From a virus, in IMG/VR virus record IMGVR_UViG_3300031160_000004: a DNA stretch of 37,478 nt; one strand, 5' to 3'. Below are positions 34,196 through 37,478 of the stretch, piece after piece (the stretch's first letter is position 1; every line of letters starts with the position of its first letter). The notes under the pieces were generated by a model, which worked only from the letters and a program-made list of their open reading frames with translations, had not been told where the DNA came from and did not search any database. Made by a program: the position numbers and the translations under genes.

Positions 34196-34673
34196 TACCA
34201 ACGATGAAGATGCGCTCATTTCCGGACTCATCGCTGCGGCACGGGAATATTGTGAGTCGTTCCAGAATCGCGCCTACATTACGCAGACATGGGAACTGTC
34301 GTTTGACGACTTCCCGAACATGCCGCTTAAACTACCGCGCCCGCCGCTTGTGAGCGTGGAAAGCGTGAAGGTTATCGACACCACTGGTGCAGAAATAACG
34401 CTTGACACGTCCGATTACATTGTGGACACCGATTCCGAGCCAGGGCGTATCGCTTTCGCCAGCGGTAAATGTTGGCCGAGCGTTGAACTTTCGCCCGTGA
34501 ACGCGGTGAAAATCCGGTACACTGCGGGATATGACGACGCGCAAAAGGTGCCGCAGTCGGTGAAACAAGCGATGCTGATTTACATTGCTCATCGGTACGA
34601 AAATCCCGATACGGACGACGTGCCCGAAGTGGTGCGGACGCTGCTGTGGCCGGACCGGGTGGTGCCGATATGA
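34116..34673 (+). CDS. Head-tail connector (gp6-like, Phage_connect_1)
   Basis: LITPPASEPVSLDEAKAYLRIDTNDEDALISGLIAAAREYCESFQNRAY. GGAGGTGG RBS. The start could be 34113, 34116 or 34119. Confidence 0.8.
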   Translation: MMALKLITPPASEPVSLDEAKAYLRIDTNDEDALISGLIAAAREYCESFQNRAYITQTWELSFDDFPNMPLKLPRPPLVSVESVKVIDTTGAEITLDTSDYIVDTDSEPGRIAFASGKCWPSVELSPVNAVKIRYTAGYDDAQKVPQSVKQAMLIYIAHRYENPDTDDVPEVVRTLLWPDRVVPI

Positions 34674-35002
34674 GCAAAAGCCTTTTGGCGCGGATGAAAC
34701 ACCGCGTCACCATCTGCCGCCTTCCCGGCCCGGATGATACCGATGAATACGGCCAGCCGTTGGATGATCCGATCCCTGTTGCTACCGTTTGGGCCGCAAT
34801 TGAACCGCTCCGTGGCCGGGAATACTTCGCCGCTATGTCCGAACACGCCGATGTCACAACGCGGATACGCATTCGATACCGAGAAGATGTTGACCGGACG
34901 ATGATTGTTGAATACGACGGAACAACATTCGAGATTCTGCACATCATTCATCCGGAATTCAATCGGCGTGAGCTGCAGCTTATGTGCAAGGAGCGTCAAT
35001 GA
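34670..35002 (+). CDS. Head closure / head-tail adaptor (SPP1 gp16-like)
   Basis: ATGA overlap. RVTICRLPG..DEYGQP......VWAAIEPLRGREYF..... pattern. Confidence 0.75.
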   Translation: MSKSLLARMKHRVTICRLPGPDDTDEYGQPLDDPIPVATVWAAIEPLRGREYFAAMSEHADVTTRIRIRYREDVDRTMIVEYDGTTFEILHIIHPEFNRRELQLMCKERQ

Positions 35003-35466
35003 TGGCGCGCAGGGATACGATTATTGGATTTAACGAGTTGATGCGTGACTTTGAACGCCTCGGCAAGGTGCCGCAAACAGCAGCCACAAGAGGCGCACAA
35101 GCAGGCGGCAGAATCGCACTTAGGGCGGCAAAGGCGCTTGCTCCCGTCGATACCGGCGAACTGCGAGATGGTATCATCCTTAAAGGCGAAAAGAACCGGG
35201 TACGCGGGAAAAAGGTCTACGACGTGATGATGGACCCGGCGAAGAACCACATCTTTGTTAAAACGACCAAAGAAGGCAAGCGATACTACTACCCGGCATC
35301 TCAAGAATATGGCTTTCTAACGGTCGATGGTGGGTACATCCCGGGCTATGGTTTCTTGCGCCGGTCTGTTGATGACAACGCCGAGGCAATAGAGCGAAAA
35401 ATCCTCGAAGTCGCTGGCAAAGAGGTGGACAAGGCGCTGCGGAAAGGTCAAACGAAAGGACGGTGA
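34999..35466 (+). CDS. HK97 gp10-family neck protein
   Basis: ATGATG overlap with the upstream stop. APVDTGELRDGI motif. Confidence 0.75.
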   Translation: MMARRDTIIGFNELMRDFERLGKVPQTAATRGAQAGGRIALRAAKALAPVDTGELRDGIILKGEKNRVRGKKVYDVMMDPAKNHIFVKTTKEGKRYYYPASQEYGFLTVDGGYIPGYGFLRRSVDDNAEAIERKILEVAGKEVDKALRKGQTKGR

Positions 35467-35470
35467 GCGG

Positions 35471-35878
35471 ATGCAGGATTTCGAGCAGGCGCTGCATGAG
35501 GAGATCGTGAATGCTATCCCGGCGCTGGACGGTCGTGTCTATCCGCTCTTCGCGCCGGAGGCGACCAAGCACAACGGTGTCCCATATTTGATCTATGCGT
35601 CCAGCGAAGGATTGCGGGACAAGACGCTGGATGGCTATCTCCTGTCCAAGGAAGTTCGAGCCGAGCTGAACGTTGTTGCAGAGCGGTACAGCGACATGAA
35701 GGCGATCACGAAACAAGTGATCGCCTTACTTATTGGCCTCGAAGGTCGGCAGATGGGGGCAGATGGCCCCTACATTGAGGAGCTTAATTATGAAATGCCA
35801 GTCGAACTTTACGAGAATCAGCCTAAACTCTATCGCTGTCTCGTGGAGTTTTCGGCTTATTTTGCAGAGGAGGATTGA
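35471..35878 (+). CDS. Tail terminator/completion-like protein (DUF3168-like)
   Basis: Position before the major tail gene. GRVYPLFAPE....PYLIY pattern. Confidence 0.6.
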   Translation: MQDFEQALHEEIVNAIPALDGRVYPLFAPEATKHNGVPYLIYASSEGLRDKTLDGYLLSKEVRAELNVVAERYSDMKAITKQVIALLIGLEGRQMGADGPYIEELNYEMPVELYENQPKLYRCLVEFSAYFAEED

Positions 35879-35883
35879 TAGCA

Positions 35884-36600
35884 GTGACCAAAAGAGCAGT
35901 ACGGTCAGTTGGGACAAAGATCAAGATTGGCCAGAATTTTATCGGCGATCTCTCCAGCATCGGCTCGCCGTCGATCACGCAGGAGGAGCTCGATGTCACG
36001 ACACTTGATAGTGAGGGCGGCTATCGGGAGGTTATCGCGGGCTTTAAGGACCCGGGAGAGGTGCCGATCTCTGGCTTTTTTGTGCCGTCTGATCTTGGTC
36101 AGGCGGACGTTTACGCCGCACTTGAGTCGGGAGATATTCAAGATTTTGAGATCATCTATCCCGCAAAGCTTGGGACGTCGTGGAGCTTTAAGGGCATCAT
36201 CACGGCGTTCAATGTGACGGCAGAGACGGAGGATGCCATCGGTTTTGAGGCGACTATCCGCGTAAGCGGCAAGCCGTCGCTCGATACTGGCGTCAGCACG
36301 GGCTTGACGGCTCTTACTTTGACTGGCGCTGACGGTGTGCTGTCGCCCGGTTTTGAGCCCGCCGTCCAATATTACACCTTTGACGGTGTAACAGACCCGA
36401 GCTTTACGGTTACGGCAACGGCGGCTAACCATCGGCTTGCCTTGTACGTGGACGGCGTTTACAAAGAGGACCTTGTCAGCGGTCAGCCGTCCAGTCCGGT
36501 GGAATTTGGTACGGTGAAGAGCCGTAAGGTGACGATCGTAGCCAAAGAGTCCGGCAAGGCGTCGGTCGCTTACGAGATCGTTGTCGTATCGGCAGATTAA
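35884..36600 (+). CDS. Major tail protein (phi13/TP901-1-like) with a C-terminal cadherin/Ig-like beta-sandwich domain
   Basis: GTG 35884, 10 nt after GAGGAGG. IGSPSITQEELDVTTLDSEGGYRE. C-terminus LTALTLTGADGVLSPGFEPAVQYYTFDGV....FTVTATAAN. Confidence 0.85.
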   Translation: MTKRAVRSVGTKIKIGQNFIGDLSSIGSPSITQEELDVTTLDSEGGYREVIAGFKDPGEVPISGFFVPSDLGQADVYAALESGDIQDFEIIYPAKLGTSWSFKGIITAFNVTAETEDAIGFEATIRVSGKPSLDTGVSTGLTALTLTGADGVLSPGFEPAVQYYTFDGVTDPSFTVTATAANHRLALYVDGVYKEDLVSGQPSSPVEFGTVKSRKVTIVAKESGKASVAYEIVVVSAD

Positions 36601-36605
36601 TTTTT

Positions 36606-36640
36606 AGCCCGAGGCTTAACCGTCTCGGGCTTATCATTTG
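36606..36640 (+). terminator. Hairpin / partial terminator after the major tail gene
   Basis: agcccgag-N10-ctcgggct (a perfect 8-bp stem) followed by tatcattt. Confidence 0.5.
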
Positions 36641-36653
36641 AGGAGGGATTTGG

Positions 36654-37010
36654 ATGAGCAAAAACAACGCCGGAGTAGTCATCATCAATCTTGACCGTCC
36701 CCGTGAGTTACGGTTTACCCATAGCGCGCTTAAAAAGGCGGTTGCGCTCACGGGTAAGAGCTTGGAAGAGATTGAGCAAAGCGGATTTGCGGATTTTGAA
36801 CTTGTGGAAAAGTTGGCGTACTGCGCATTGCTCAAGGATGCGAGAGAAAACAACGAGCAGTTGGAGCTGGAGGACATAGAGAAACTGCTCGATCATGTGG
36901 ATACCTGGGCAGACATTCCGAAGGCGCTGACTCGCGCATTTATGCTGGCGTTTGGGGTTGATCCCGACGCAGTTGATGCAGGGGGAAACTCCCAGCGGCC
37001 GGGGGAATAA
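36654..37010 (+). CDS. Tail assembly chaperone G (zero-frame product)
   Basis: A 118-aa ORF between the major tail and TMP genes. GAGGAGGGA RBS. Confidence 0.8.
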   Translation: MSKNNAGVVIINLDRPRELRFTHSALKKAVALTGKSLEEIEQSGFADFELVEKLAYCALLKDARENNEQLELEDIEKLLDHVDTWADIPKALTRAFMLAFGVDPDAVDAGGNSQRPGE

Positions 37011-37351
37011 CCGGCGAACGGACACCGTTTGACTTTGATGAATCATATCGGGTTGCTCGATTGTTTGGCATATCGTTAGCGGATTACCACGATATGACGC
37101 CTCATGAGTTGCGGCTTGCTGCCGACGCAGAGCGGCATCGTCGGCAGAGCGATTATGCCTTGGCTGTCACGCAAGCCTACTATACGGCCGCGTGGTTACG
37201 GTCAAGCAAGATGCCGCGGCTTAATGAGGTGCTGCGCAAACTCCGACCGAAAGAGCCGTTAAAGCCGCAAACGCCGGAAGAACAGTTTAAACAGATGATG
37301 CTATGGCATGCACGCCTGGAGAGGAGGGAGACAGTTGGCGATAGTACGTAA
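36654..37351 (+). CDS. Tail assembly chaperone GT (-1 frameshift fusion, about 232 aa; shift at 36983-36989)
   Basis: The -1 frame is open from 36977 to the TAA at 37349-37351. The heptamer G GGA AAC is correctly phased in the zero frame. The fusion reads ..AGGN/LPAAGGITGERTPFDFDESYRVARLFGISLADYHDMTPHEL... Confidence 0.75.
36983..36989 (+). promoter_or_regulatory. -1 programmed ribosomal frameshift slippery heptamer GGGAAAC
   Basis: X XXY YYZ phasing checked codon by codon (GGG GGA AAC = G110 G111 N112). Confidence 0.75.
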
Positions 37352-37478
37352 CTTAATGGTCCGCATCGGCGCGGACTTTAGTGATTTGCGTAAAGGCATG
37401 GACGGCGCGACAAGTAGGCTCAATCAATTTGCGCGAGATACGCGCCGAGCAACAAACGAGATCCGCGGCCGCAAGGGT
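37335..37478 (+). CDS. 5' end of the tape measure gene; continues at base 1 after removing the 127-bp overlap
   Basis: TTG 37335 with GGAGGG 6 nt upstream reads MAIVRNLMVRIGADFSDL... in frame with the ORF at 5..2644. It overlaps the GT stop by 17 nt. Confidence 0.7.
   Translation, partial: MAIVRNLMVRIGADFSDLRKGMDGATSRLNQFARDTRRATNEIRGRKG
37352..37478. repeat. Terminal overlap copy 2, identical to 1-127
   Basis: Same as copy 1. The 127-bp length is typical of a de Bruijn-graph circular contig overlap. Confidence 0.9.

Larger units (their letters stand above)
1..37351. mobile_element. Complete temperate siphovirus genome (circular or circularly permuted unit), HK97-like head, HNH/cos-type packaging
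   Basis: All canonical phage modules are present once (lysogeny, replication, packaging, head, tail, lysis). No host genes are present. The ends overlap exactly by 127 bp. Confidence 0.9.

Noticed and set aside
33194-34231. A 345-aa minus-strand ORF antisense to the major capsid gene. Similar long antisense ORFs lie at 29599-30597, 21846-22859, 15936-16739, 8530-9282, 4347-5024, 17931-18581 and 27766-28347.
   Set aside because: All lie opposite + strand genes with unmistakable family motifs. They have no RBS, and their products are Arg/Pro/Gly-rich low-complexity sequences, as expected from the reverse frame of GC-rich coding DNA. They would also oppose an otherwise unidirectional operon.

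Overview
The window is one complete, circularly assembled temperate siphovirus genome with no flanking host DNA. Bases 1-127 repeat exactly at 37352-37478, so the unit genome is 37,351 bp. The host is probably a Gram-positive Bacillota member, judging from AGGAGG-type RBSs, an SLH-like endolysin tail, copper-amine-oxidase-N 'stalk' domains and a tRNA-Leu attP. The linearisation point cuts the tape-measure gene.

Gene order on the + strand, unless noted:
- Tail tip and fibre module (1-8.1 kb): tape measure, small Dit-like protein, hub protein and fibre, with a low-GC secreted-protein moron inside it.
- Holin and amidase endolysin (8.1-9.3 kb).
- Secreted NucB/Excalibur DNase moron (9.5-10.2 kb).
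- attP carrying the 3' half of tRNA-Leu(GAG).
- Minus-strand lysogeny cassette (10.4-12.6 kb): tyrosine integrase, ImmA-like peptidase, XRE repressor.
- Divergent promoter/operator region, then Cro-like, Xis-like and Bro-N/KilAC antirepressor genes and a run of very small early ORFs.
- Replication module (15.9-27.1 kb): DUF2800 nuclease, DUF2815 SSB, MazG, family-A DNA polymerase, a truncated C5-methyltransferase remnant, an SF2 helicase plus SPPF beta-class methyltransferase pair, VirE primase-helicase, an iteron/AT-rich putative origin, VRR-NUC, SNF2 helicase and DUF3310.
- Sigma-70 region-4-like late regulator, followed by phased 11-bp repeats and a terminator.
- HK97-type packaging, head and tail module (27.9-37.35 kb): HNH, TerS (P27 family), TerL, portal, ClpP-like protease, major capsid, connectors, major tail protein, and G/GT chaperones with a canonical GGGAAAC -1 slip site.

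I found no CRISPR array, no complete tRNA or rRNA gene, and no recognisable defence system. The most interesting signals are regulatory and architectural rather than a new multi-gene system:
- the putative origin;
- the late-region repeat/terminator unit;
- apparent CTG start codons;
- two secreted morons;
- a decayed dcm gene.
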